64,000 nt of DNA from an uncultured delta proteobacterium (GTDB taxonomy: Bacteria > Desulfobacterota > Desulfomonilia > UBA1062): positions 96,001 to 160,000 of the forward strand of contig CAWCTR010000017.1 in the NCBI GenBank assembly GCA_963798485.1. The letters run 5' to 3'. Below, one piece after another: positions 8,479 to 17,218 of the stretch (position 1 is the stretch's first letter; each line of letters begins with the position of its first letter). The notes under the pieces are model-generated. The model was not told where the DNA came from, did no database searches, and saw only the letters and a list, made by a program, of their open reading frames with translations. Both the position numbers and the translations under genes were made by a program.

Positions 8479-8611
8479 TAATACAAAGATCTTGACAATG
8501 ACCTCAAAATATCACCTAAGGATGCATGAATCATATGGTTATAAACCAAGAATCTACTTCGATTTAAATATCTCTAAATATTACCAATATAATTATGGGA
8601 GGATGATAATC

Positions 8612-8839
8612 ATGGCTACTCGCGGAAGGAAACCGATAAGTTTGAGGAGTGATGGTAAGGCATCAAAGCTCATCAAAAAGAACTATTATCTTGATGAAAG
8701 ATATACAAAGGCTCTTACGGTACTTTCTGCATTAACGGGCAAAGAGCTCTCTCTTCTTGTTAATGAGGCTATTGGCTTGTTGATAAAGAAATACCAACCT
8801 AAGACTGAGATCAAGCTTCTCGATTTGAAATCGATTTAA
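8612..8839 (+). CDS. Small ribbon-helix-helix-like protein, paralogue 2
   Basis: GGGAGG RBS upstream. Starts MATRGRKP; ~74% identical to 5432..5671. Confidence 0.75.
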   Translation: MATRGRKPISLRSDGKASKLIKKNYYLDERYTKALTVLSALTGKELSLLVNEAIGLLIKKYQPKTEIKLLDLKSI

Positions 8840-8855
8840 AGACAAGATTAATGGA

Positions 8856-9101
8856 ATGATCGCATTGAAATCTTCAACAAGTGATGGTTCGGTGTTTCAG
8901 GTTTATTATGATGACGAGCTCATTGGACATATCCGCAGGAAAAGCAGTTTGAATGGCGATAAATATATGGCATCAATTGATATGAATGGTGAAGAAAAGA
9001 GCAATAATAAGGCATTCGATAGCCCTGATGAAGCTCTCAAGTGGATTGAAGTGAATCAAGGAACCTTTTCCCAAGACGGCTCAGTTCCAAGGTCTGAGTG
9101 A
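8856..9101 (+). CDS. Hypothetical 81-aa protein
   Basis: ORF 16 bp downstream of RHH paralogue 2 with protein-like composition. Confidence 0.6.
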   Translation: MIALKSSTSDGSVFQVYYDDELIGHIRRKSSLNGDKYMASIDMNGEEKSNNKAFDSPDEALKWIEVNQGTFSQDGSVPRSE

Positions 9102-9162
9102 AGATTATGGTTTCAAATATTCAGTAATCATAGACCATTGCAGATGGCACGTGATCTATACT

Positions 9163-9741
9163 CTAACGCAGCCATACACAATAAGGCTCCGTCAGTTTTG
9201 CTACCGCGATAATCCTACGATACCGAGATTTCATTCTGTCTGGATGTGTTGACATGTCTTTTTGAATAACGCAAACAGTAGAGCAACCAAGTATGAATTT
9301 CAAAGGCTTCTCTTCAGCAGAAAAATCGCTGTATTTCCATAGGTCAATTGTTCCACTGACATTGGTTGTCATTATATCGAAAACAAGCGCTGTAGCGCTG
9401 GAATCAATTTTCCCTGTGACAGGACCGACACCTTTCGGAAGTTGAGACCATATCTTTTTATCAACAGAATGTTCTTTTGCGGCTTCATTATTTGTTGTAG
9501 GCCGAGCACCACCCTTGGAAGATGGTTCAACAAAAATTGTATAGGCAGGGGATGACGTGCAAATATCTTGTACCTGAACTGGAAGTGCTTTTGGTGACCT
9601 CATGAGCCAGAATGTTTTGCCAGTTAGTTCAATATCAGCAATTTTTCTGTTAAAAATGACATCAACGCTCTCTCCAGCATGAGCGCCCATAACGCTAATT
9701 ATGCACAGATCACTCTTTAATGCTTCTTCAAGTAGCGTCAT
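9163..9741 (-). CDS. Hypothetical protein, putative integron gene cassette
   Basis: GGAGGAG RBS immediately after an attC core site; 192 aa; no recognised domain. Confidence 0.8.
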   Translation of the reverse strand: MTLLEEALKSDLCIISVMGAHAGESVDVIFNRKIADIELTGKTFWLMRSPKALPVQVQDICTSSPAYTIFVEPSSKGGARPTTNNEAAKEHSVDKKIWSQLPKGVGPVTGKIDSSATALVFDIMTTNVSGTIDLWKYSDFSAEEKPLKFILGCSTVCVIQKDMSTHPDRMKSRYRRIIAVAKLTEPYCVWLR

Positions 9742-9757
9742 ATTTCAACTCCTCCAT

Positions 9758-9814
9758 CGCTAACGAAAAAATCACCGGCGGCTGTAAGCCTTCCTGTAAT
9801 TTGGTTGATTATAC
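9758..9814 (-). other. Degenerate integron attC site
   Basis: Minus strand GTATAAT-caaccaaattacaggaaggcttacagccgccggtgattttttc-GTTAGCG, 57 bp, overlapping the stop codon of the upstream gene. Confidence 0.6.
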
Positions 9815-10654
9815 GTTTTGTAAATCTTTGAGAGATTTACCCTGCGCATTTACCCAAGCTGTGAGACCGTTTGCACTACCACCATGAATGACAGCTGCTG
9901 CAGCACTAGGGCTTGAAAATTCCGTGTCTCTTACAAAGACATATTTATCACCTTCTTGAAGAAGCCCGCCTTCTTCGATTAGCCTATTCCTTTGAACCAT
10001 GACACTCGGCCATTTCTTTGCGGATCCACGTTCATCAAGAACTGCTTCTGACTTAGCTAAAACTACTATTCCATTTGGCGTGAGGTAGCCATGGGCAAGA
10101 ACATTTTTAATTTTGCAGGTGAGCATTTCTTTTTTAGCTTCACTTGCATCTTTAGACGTTGTCTGAACGAATGCCTCGATTCCAAGTACCGGCAAAACTT
10201 GTTGCATTTTCTCCAAAAATACCTCCATGTCCTCCCTATCTGATTCAGGGAGTTTTGCACCGCTGCTCTGGCTGTTCATGATGACTGATCTATTAGCCGA
10301 TTTTGCCAATTCAATTAGTCTGCCTTCAATATACCGAACATGAGCTTTGGTAAGATTTTCATCTTTCATTATAAAAAAGGCGATATTGTTCCAGAAGTCT
10401 TTTGACAAATGGCTTTTTATTCGATCTCTAATACATTCAGCTTCACCTATATAGATCACACTCTTGTTGGTATCCGGATCTGTTCCCGTAAGGAAATAGA
10501 CACCAGAGTTTATGGATTCTTCTCTTTCTAAAACTTTTTCAAACTCGCTTCTAGGCCCAGCTACAGCTTTACCAGTCCAATTGGAAAGCTCAACGATTCT
10601 TAATCGTTTTGGGTCTCCAAATGCTAGAAACATCTTCAATGTTGCTGTAGGCAT
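9809..10654 (-). CDS. GIY-YIG nuclease fused to DUF4357 (RAMA-like) domain
   Basis: GVYFL..YIGEAE..RDRIKSH (GIY-YIG); C-terminal FSSPSAAAAVIHGGSANGLTAW (DUF4357). Confidence 0.85.
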   Translation of the reverse strand: MPTATLKMFLAFGDPKRLRIVELSNWTGKAVAGPRSEFEKVLEREESINSGVYFLTGTDPDTNKSVIYIGEAECIRDRIKSHLSKDFWNNIAFFIMKDENLTKAHVRYIEGRLIELAKSANRSVIMNSQSSGAKLPESDREDMEVFLEKMQQVLPVLGIEAFVQTTSKDASEAKKEMLTCKIKNVLAHGYLTPNGIVVLAKSEAVLDERGSAKKWPSVMVQRNRLIEEGGLLQEGDKYVFVRDTEFSSPSAAAAVIHGGSANGLTAWVNAQGKSLKDLQNV

Positions 10655-10678
10655 ATAATCTCCCTATGCATAATGTAC

Positions 10679-10724
10679 CTATAACTTGCGGCTGAAATCC
10701 GTTCGATGAATTGGTGGGTTAGGC
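10679..10724 (-). other. Internally deleted attC site
   Basis: GCCTAAC-ccaccaattcatcgaacggatttcagccgcaa-GTTATAG aligns with the attC at 9758-9814 but lacks ~11 bp (the L' box). Confidence 0.5.
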
Positions 10725-11047
10725 GTCTGCATATACTCTGGTGGACTTGCTAAGGCCTTTCTTACTACCTCAGCAACTGTTACTTCCGTTATGCCGTTCC
10801 TTTTACAGTATTTAGATTGAAGCCAAGCAGTCAATTCCTTTGTTCCTTTGCTTGCGTTGCATGAAAGGCAGCATCTGGCGATGTTATCACGGGTGACTAT
10901 TCGTGCGTCGTTAACAATATGCTCCCAAGAAGGTCTGGATCCTTTTGATTCATTAGATGGCAGAAATTCAACGCCGCAATACACACAGCGCCTGTCTCTT
11001 GCTATGACTTCTTGTTCCAACCAATTTGGTATATTCCAACGATTCAC
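10679..11047 (-). CDS. HNH endonuclease
   Basis: RDRRCVYCG...WEHIVN...NIARCCLSCNASKG. Likely GTG start at 11047 with an AAGGGG RBS. The C-terminus reads through the attC (PNPPIHRT). Confidence 0.85.
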   Translation of the reverse strand: MNRWNIPNWLEQEVIARDRRCVYCGVEFLPSNESKGSRPSWEHIVNDARIVTRDNIARCCLSCNASKGTKELTAWLQSKYCKRNGITEVTVAEVVRKALASPPEYMQTPNPPIHRTDFSRKL

Positions 11048-11367
11048 ATTCAGACCCCTTTTAGATTCCAATGATACTATGCGTATAACCTGTCGATAAG
11101 ATGCCAGAATCACCACTCCAGAAATAGTACTATCTGCTTGATATGTAAAGAAGGAGCACAAAGCGACAGACTATATGATCAATAAGAATACTGCCAAACT
11201 CCAGACCATAGATAACTGCATAAACTGTCTGGATTCTTAAAGTCCCATAAACCGTTAATTTTGAAATATAATCTTCATATTGCCTGGTTCTTTATCAGTG
11301 TTGGTATCTTTATATGAATCGAGTGAAGGCAATCGACCCATGGCATCATGAAAGATATTCAACCCAC

Positions 11368-11527
11368 TCAACGCCACTCTTCACCTCCAACATCAGCGCA
11401 GGACCACTATCGCCTGCAGACAGCACCATAGACCAATCAATTGACATCAATGAGTTCATTATCAAGAACCAACCGCACCTTCTTCGTCAGGGTCGAGGGT
11501 ACATCCAAGATCGATGCCGGGATTCAT
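11368..11527 (+). pseudogene. umuD: UmuD/LexA-like S24 peptidase remnant
   Basis: PLFTSNISAGPLSPAD..IDINEFII, then in another frame TFFVRVEGTSKIDAGIH; truncated. Confidence 0.75.
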
Positions 11528-11819
11528 CCTTTCCTTATCCTGCCCATGAACAAATCCATTTCCCAGTTGCCCAACCCCACAATGATCACTGTCACCTTCG
11601 CCATAACCATCGCTGTCACTGCATCTGCTCGCCCTGGTTTGTTTAGAATTCCTGATGAAGAGGCTGATTTACTGGATGTGGCGTGAAAGATTTGATGGCG
11701 GGGCTGGGTCGGAGTGGAAGTGGACAATCTGGTTTTGGTGGAAGTGAGATGCGGGAAGGTAGGCATGCTGAGAGATGGGTGAGTTATGAATCCTACTCGT
11801 ACATTCTTACATAATTAAA

Positions 11820-11838
11820 GTGGGACAGGAGTGGGACA
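11820..11838. repeat. Tandem GTGGGACA direct repeat (putative integrase arm-type sites)
   Basis: GTGGGACA-gga-GTGGGACA about 60 bp from the tRNA 3' end. Confidence 0.5.
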
Positions 11839-11853
11839 AATTGCGGTCAAATG

Positions 11854-11885
11854 AAAAAAGGTTCACAGGTTATTCCCTGTAAACC
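11854..11885 (-). terminator. Terminator-like hairpin downstream of tRNA-Asn
   Basis: GGTT(C)ACAGG/CCTGT(A)AACC stem followed by T6 on the minus strand. Confidence 0.55.
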
Positions 11886-11899
11886 CGCTTATTTACGAG

Positions 11900-11972
11900 C
11901 TCCTCGGGTAGGACTCGAACCTACAACCTAGTGGTTAACAGCCACCCGCTCTGCCGATTGAGCTACCGAGGA
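11900..11972 (-). tRNA. tRNA-Asn (GTT)
   Basis: TCCTCGG acceptor stem, AGCTCAATCGGCAGAGC D-arm, CT-GTT-AA anticodon loop, GGTTCGAGTCC T-loop. CCA is not encoded. Confidence 0.97.
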
Positions 11973-12027
11973 ATGGTCAATGGACTGAATTGATAGCCGT
12001 GATTTCACTGCTTGTCAAGTAATGACA

Positions 12028-12933
12028 TTAATAATAGGTAAGCAGGCTTTCGTATCGTCCAACGGTCCCTGAATACACCTCGCGGATGCGTGACATGAGC
12101 GAGCGGGTAATAGGGCCGGGACAGGTGAGTTTGTAGACTTCGATCTGTTTGATAGGCTGCACCTGTCTTAAGGTGCCTGAGAAAAAGGCCTCATCATACT
12201 CGCATAAGTCCTGGGGGAGGATGTGTGTCTCTTTGACCGTGTATCCTATGTCTTTCAGTACATCGATAACAACCTTCCTGGTGATGCCGGGAAGGACGTT
12301 CTCCTTGGTGGGGGTCTCCACACACTTTTCCCTGGCAAGGAAGATGTTGGAAGTCGGTCCTTCTGCCACAAACCCGTTGGTGTCTAGCATCAAGGCCTCG
12401 TCAAACCCCTTCCTGCTCACCTCGGTCCTGGCCAGAAATCCGTTTACATAGTTGCCTACCACTTTGGCATGGACAGCTGCTGTGGCCGGGTGGAGCTTTC
12501 GGTACTGGGATATGCCCACCAGGAGCGGCGCGCTGAAACTATCAGGGTCCGAGCCCAGAGAGCTGTAATCGAGGCAGAATATTGCTGCCGATACCTTCTC
12601 CGGCGGCTTGGGCCCAAGGTCAGTGCCTGAATAATAGGCATAGAACTTCGCTATGCCGCTTCTGACTGAGTTGGCACGTGCCGTAGCTATGATGGCGTTT
12701 TTGATATCTTCAGGGCTGAAGGGGATGCTCATATAGGTCCTCTCGGCGCTGGAAAAGAACCTTTCCACATGCTCATCGAGGCAGATGAGCGCGGGGCCTT
12801 TCTTGGCGGGAACAACGGCCATAACGTCGAATATGGCGGAAGCCCTGCTGAAGCTCTGTGAAAGGGGGGAGACGCGTGCCTCCATCCAGTCCACGAGCTT
12901 ACCATCCACCCATGCCATAATCTGCTTTGACAT
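12028..12933 (-). CDS. Class IV PLP-dependent aminotransferase (branched-chain amino acid transaminase-like)
   Basis: AKVVGNY, GFDEALMLD..G.VAEGPTSNIF, LPGITR, EAFFSGT. Confidence 0.9.
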   Translation of the reverse strand: MSKQIMAWVDGKLVDWMEARVSPLSQSFSRASAIFDVMAVVPAKKGPALICLDEHVERFFSSAERTYMSIPFSPEDIKNAIIATARANSVRSGIAKFYAYYSGTDLGPKPPEKVSAAIFCLDYSSLGSDPDSFSAPLLVGISQYRKLHPATAAVHAKVVGNYVNGFLARTEVSRKGFDEALMLDTNGFVAEGPTSNIFLAREKCVETPTKENVLPGITRKVVIDVLKDIGYTVKETHILPQDLCEYDEAFFSGTLRQVQPIKQIEVYKLTCPGPITRSLMSRIREVYSGTVGRYESLLTYY

Positions 12934-13107
12934 AGTGCATATTCCTATATGGGCTTATGCGTAGTGTCAAGAGAGCAGAGGATGATTATGAAAGTTAAAT
13001 CTCCTTATTTACTGTGAGACATCCTCTCATGGAATGTATTGCATGGCTTGGCGTTATGCGATAATCTAGATCACACTTAGATCAAAGAATGCATATGAGG
13101 TCATGCG

Positions 13108-13761
13108 ATGAGAAGAGGAGTTATAGGTTTTGAGGTTCTTGTCTGCGCGATCTTCATCTTTTTGTCACCGGTATGTCTGCATGCCAAGGGAATGTATGTA
13201 AGGGACTGGATCGTTATTACGCTGCGGTCCGCCCCCACTGAAACATCTTCAGCCATGGGCACGGCAAGCACCAATGAGCATGTGGAAGTCCTTGAGGAGG
13301 GTAAAGGTTGGATGCGGATCCAGACCAAGGACGGGAAAGAGGGATGGGTCGCCGGCCGCTTCCTGAGCGCTCAGCCGCCCAGGACGATGCATCTGAGACA
13401 GTTGGAAGAAAAGATCATGGCCTCGCAGGTTGAGAATATGCGGTTGCGAGGTCTCATCTCAGGACGCACATCAAGCGGAATTACCTCTCCTGGTGCAGCA
13501 CAGCCAGGTATCATGGTTCCCCCGGAGGGTGCATTAGCTGACTGCCCCAGGCTTAAACAGGATTATGACAAGCTGGTGCAAGATTCCCGGGAATACTCAA
13601 GAAAGATAAGTATCATTGATGCAGAGAATAACAGGTTAAAGACATCGGAAAGGATCATCTTCACCTTTATGGGCGGGATATTCATTATCCTCGGAATCGT
13701 GATAGGCCTGTTTGTCCAGATGGTAAGGGCGCGTCCCAAGAAACCGGGATACAAATTCTAA
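13108..13761 (+). CDS. SH3-domain protein (TIGR04211-like) with C-terminal TM helix
   Basis: Signal peptide, ITLRSAP...GW..IQT.DGKEGWV, coiled coil, C-terminal TM helix and basic tail. Confidence 0.8.
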   Translation: MRRGVIGFEVLVCAIFIFLSPVCLHAKGMYVRDWIVITLRSAPTETSSAMGTASTNEHVEVLEEGKGWMRIQTKDGKEGWVAGRFLSAQPPRTMHLRQLEEKIMASQVENMRLRGLISGRTSSGITSPGAAQPGIMVPPEGALADCPRLKQDYDKLVQDSREYSRKISIIDAENNRLKTSERIIFTFMGGIFIILGIVIGLFVQMVRARPKKPGYKF

Positions 13762-13785
13762 ACCAACAATGAAGCGGGTGGTGCT

Positions 13786-14766
13786 ATGCTGAAAAAGTAC
13801 GAACGACTGAGCTCTCGTGTAACAATCAAAGATATTCTGAAGGCAAAGACAGCCATCAACACCTATATCCACCGGACGAACCTCATTTATTACTCGGAAC
13901 TCAGCAGGATCATAGGGTGCGATGCCTTTGTGAAGCATGAGAACCACCTACCCACCGGCTCCTTCAAGATCCGCGGAGCCTTGAACTTCTTCCAGGCCAT
14001 CCCCAAAGAAGATGTGGCCAATGGGGTGCTCGTCTCCACAAGGGGCAACCACGGCCTTGCCATGGCATGGGCCGGCCAGTGGTTCCATACGCCATGCACC
14101 GTGGTGGTCCCGGAGAACAACAACCCCGAGATCAACCGGATTATTGAGAGCTTTGGGGCGGAACTTATCGTGCACGGGCATGATTTCTATGATGCCCAGT
14201 TCTATTGTGACGAGCTGGTTGCCGCCGCCGGCTACTACTATGTGGAACAGGGAAATGAACCCGAGATGTTAAACGGAATCGGCACCATGGGCCTTGAGAT
14301 CTTCGAGGACCTGCCTGACGTGGACGTGATCATCTGCCCCATCGGGGGCGGCGGGGGATGCGCATCTTTGCTTCGGGTCGCACAGGCCATCAACCCGACA
14401 GTCGAGATCATTGGCGTACAGGCAGCCAAGGCCCCTGCGTTCTATAATTCTCTGCAAAAAGGCGAGTGGGTAGTGCTGGATGATGCGGAAACCATTGCTG
14501 AAGGTCTTGCGGCGCGGAGTGTATTCCAGCTCCCCTATATAATCATGAAGGATCACATCAAAGAGGTGGTCCTCTTAAGCGAGGATGAGGTACTGGAGGG
14601 CATCCGCATGGCGCTCACCACCACGCACAATCTTGCCGAGGGCGCCGGTGCGGCCTCGCTCATTGCTGCGGTAAAGATAAAGGAAAGGCTCAAAGGCAAG
14701 AAGGTGGCGCTTATCATGTCCGGAGGGAACCTCGACAGGGCGCACCTGGAGCTTGCGTTGCGCTAG
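13786..14766 (+). CDS. Threonine/serine dehydratase (PLP, catalytic domain only)
   Basis: KHENHLPTGSFKIRGA, STRGNHG, PIGGGG, SGGN. Confidence 0.9.
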   Translation: MLKKYERLSSRVTIKDILKAKTAINTYIHRTNLIYYSELSRIIGCDAFVKHENHLPTGSFKIRGALNFFQAIPKEDVANGVLVSTRGNHGLAMAWAGQWFHTPCTVVVPENNNPEINRIIESFGAELIVHGHDFYDAQFYCDELVAAAGYYYVEQGNEPEMLNGIGTMGLEIFEDLPDVDVIICPIGGGGGCASLLRVAQAINPTVEIIGVQAAKAPAFYNSLQKGEWVVLDDAETIAEGLAARSVFQLPYIIMKDHIKEVVLLSEDEVLEGIRMALTTTHNLAEGAGAASLIAAVKIKERLKGKKVALIMSGGNLDRAHLELALR

Positions 14767-15680
14767 AGTTCGTCGGTATCGCCGGCGATCTCGAAGGCGC
14801 CGGCCCATTTCCTGTTGATCTGTTCCTGGACCTTTTCGATCCGGGATGGATCCATCAGCCTGAACCGGCTCTGTGCCTTGAAGAACTCCACTACCGGCAC
14901 CAGCGAGCGCTTATCCGCGATCTTCCGGGATGCACCGGTCAGTTTGAGAGAAGAATCCTCCACCTCGTAAAGCTCAAACAGACCTGTCTCTACGGACAGC
15001 TTCCCCAGCTTCACGGTGTAACGGGCCTCGAAGCCCCAGCCCGGAGGGCAGGGGATCTGGATGTGGATATATTTTACCCCTGGCAGTGTTACGGCCTTTT
15101 GTACCTTGTCATAGAGGTCAAGGGGATACGATGCGGAACATGTGGCCACATAAGAAAGGTTATGGGCCGCCATAATGGCCGGGACATCCTTTTTCTGCTG
15201 TAGTTTTCCCTTGATAGGCGTGTTTGAGGTGATGGCCCACTGGGGGGTCGTGCCCGAACGCTGGACGCCCGTGTTCATATAACCCTCGTTGTCGTAACAG
15301 ATGAACAGGAAGTTATCTCCACGCTCGGATGCGCCTGAGAGCGCCTGGAGCCCGATGTCGGCCGTGCCGCCGTCTCCGGCCCATGCCACGACCTTGATGT
15401 CCGGTTTATTAAGTGCCTTGAGCGCGGCAAGCATCCCTGTGGATGCCGCGGCAGTCGAGGCAAAGGTGACATTCAGACAGGGAAGCTTGGTCGCAGCAAC
15501 CGGGTAGAGCCCCTGAAGAACGGTGAGGCAGCTCGGAGGCACCACGAGGATGGTGTTTTTGCCGAGCGCCTTCAGCGCGATCCGGTATGCAATGCCCAGG
15601 CCGCAGCCTGCGCAGGCCCTGTTGCCGGGGTGTACGAATTCCTCTTCAGGCAGGCTCAGGATGGTAGTCTTCATATGCAT
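14763..15680 (-). CDS. porB: 2-oxoacid:ferredoxin oxidoreductase beta subunit
   Basis: ACAGCG, GDGGTADIG, YDNEGYMNTG, PCPPGW. Confidence 0.92.
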   Translation of the reverse strand: MHMKTTILSLPEEEFVHPGNRACAGCGLGIAYRIALKALGKNTILVVPPSCLTVLQGLYPVAATKLPCLNVTFASTAAASTGMLAALKALNKPDIKVVAWAGDGGTADIGLQALSGASERGDNFLFICYDNEGYMNTGVQRSGTTPQWAITSNTPIKGKLQQKKDVPAIMAAHNLSYVATCSASYPLDLYDKVQKAVTLPGVKYIHIQIPCPPGWGFEARYTVKLGKLSVETGLFELYEVEDSSLKLTGASRKIADKRSLVPVVEFFKAQSRFRLMDPSRIEKVQEQINRKWAGAFEIAGDTDEL

Positions 15681-15693
15681 GGCATTGCTCTCC

Positions 15694-16899
15694 TTAGATC
15701 TTCAACCCGATCCACTTCAGGCCGGCGCCTTTCTTGCCGCCGTTCAAGCAGCTGTCTTTGAAGGCCTCATAGAGATCAGCGGTCTTTATCTCCCTGCCGC
15801 CGAGGCCAAGGATGTAATTATGGACAAAAGGCCTCTTCTTCCGGGACCCGTTGAAACTATACAGGGCCGCTTTGACATCAGAGCACAGGGCGCCTTCATA
15901 TCCGTAGCTGAGCGCCTTCTCGAAGACGGCCACGCCTTCGGCGCCTTCAAGCCCTTGTGCAATGACCTGGGCAGGAAACGGCCGGTAGAGGTGGATGCTC
16001 ATGATCCCGGCCTTGATGCCTTCATCCCGCAGAGAGTCAATGACCTCCCGCAGGTGGTATGAGAGCGATCCCAGGCTTACGGCGATGAACCGGGCATCCT
16101 CGCACTGATATGTCTCATAATGGGGATTGCCGCCCCGGCCGAAGTGTTCTTTGAAACGCCCCTCAACGCGGCCCATTACATTGATTGCCTCTTGCATATC
16201 TTCCTGGAGGAGGTATCTGATCTCCATGTAACCGTGGGCGGTCCGGCCTTTCGCATCAACCCTCACATCGGGTAATGTAACGGTATTCAAGTTGGCCGGG
16301 TGCGCAGGGTCCAGCGCGTAGGCCGGTTTATAGGGAGGCAGGAATGCATCCGAGAGCTCCTGGCCCGGCACGTCGAAGGGCATGTAGGTGTGGGAGAGCA
16401 GATAGCCGTCATAGCAGAGCATGACAGGGATCATGACCTCCTCAGCGAGCATGAAGGCCTTGATGACGCCGTCTATGATCTGCTGGTGGTCATTGACATA
16501 AATTTGTATCCACCCTGTGTCCCGCTGGGAAATGGAATCCTGGTGGTCGTTCCAGATGGTCCAAGGCGCCCCGACACCCCTGTTCACCACGCACATGACT
16601 AAGGGCAGCCTGGCGCCTGCGGCCCAGTGGATCTGCTCGTGCATATAGAGCAGCCCGTTGGCGCTGGTGGCGGTGAAGGCCCTGGCCCCGGTTGATGAAG
16701 CGGCAATGCAGACCGCCAGGGCGCTGTGCTCGCTCTCCACAGGCACATACTGGGCATCCATCTCACCGGACTCGATGAACTCCGAGAGTTTCTCGGTGAG
16801 CGGGGTCTGGGGGGTTATGGGATATGCTGCAATCACCTGTGCCCGCGATAGCTTCACGCCGAGAGCGGCAGCGACATTGCCTGATTCGATGATGTGCAT
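15694..16899 (-). CDS. porA: 2-oxoacid:ferredoxin oxidoreductase alpha subunit
   Basis: AAYPITPQT, ESEHSA, YRPFP. Start re-placed at MHIIESGN (16899). Confidence 0.92.
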   Translation of the reverse strand: MHIIESGNVAAALGVKLSRAQVIAAYPITPQTPLTEKLSEFIESGEMDAQYVPVESEHSALAVCIAASSTGARAFTATSANGLLYMHEQIHWAAGARLPLVMCVVNRGVGAPWTIWNDHQDSISQRDTGWIQIYVNDHQQIIDGVIKAFMLAEEVMIPVMLCYDGYLLSHTYMPFDVPGQELSDAFLPPYKPAYALDPAHPANLNTVTLPDVRVDAKGRTAHGYMEIRYLLQEDMQEAINVMGRVEGRFKEHFGRGGNPHYETYQCEDARFIAVSLGSLSYHLREVIDSLRDEGIKAGIMSIHLYRPFPAQVIAQGLEGAEGVAVFEKALSYGYEGALCSDVKAALYSFNGSRKKRPFVHNYILGLGGREIKTADLYEAFKDSCLNGGKKGAGLKWIGLKI

Positions 16900-16900
16900 T

Positions 16901-17215
16901 CTACCGCTTCCTCTCTTCTGTTTGTATGAAACAGGACTCTTCCACCATGGTGATGGCCTTGGTGGGACATTCTTCTGCGCAGATCCCGCAGCCCTTGCAG
17001 TATTCATAGTCGATTGTCGGGGGTACGGTCCTGGTGATCACCCCGTCCGGGCAGTAGAGCCAGCAGATGAAGCACCCTGCCGCGCCCCGCTTTGCCGGGA
17101 TGCAGGTGTTTGCATCTATGATGGGGCGTGCTACCCTCCATGAGCCGGTCCTGCCGCCGTCACCCGGGCCTGGTTCACTATGCGATGTCTTGTGGCCGTA
17201 TTGGCGTGTACCCAC
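16901..17215 (-). CDS. porD: 2-oxoacid:ferredoxin oxidoreductase delta subunit (2x[4Fe-4S])
   Basis: TGSWR..RP, C..CWLYCP, YCKGCGICAEECP. Confidence 0.9.
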   Translation of the reverse strand: MGTRQYGHKTSHSEPGPGDGGRTGSWRVARPIIDANTCIPAKRGAAGCFICWLYCPDGVITRTVPPTIDYEYCKGCGICAEECPTKAITMVEESCFIQTEERKR

Positions 17216-17218
17216 CGT

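Noticed and set aside
11776-11800. GTTATGAATCCTACTCG as a duplicated tRNA 3' end (att site)
   Set aside because: Weak match and in the opposite orientation to the tRNA.
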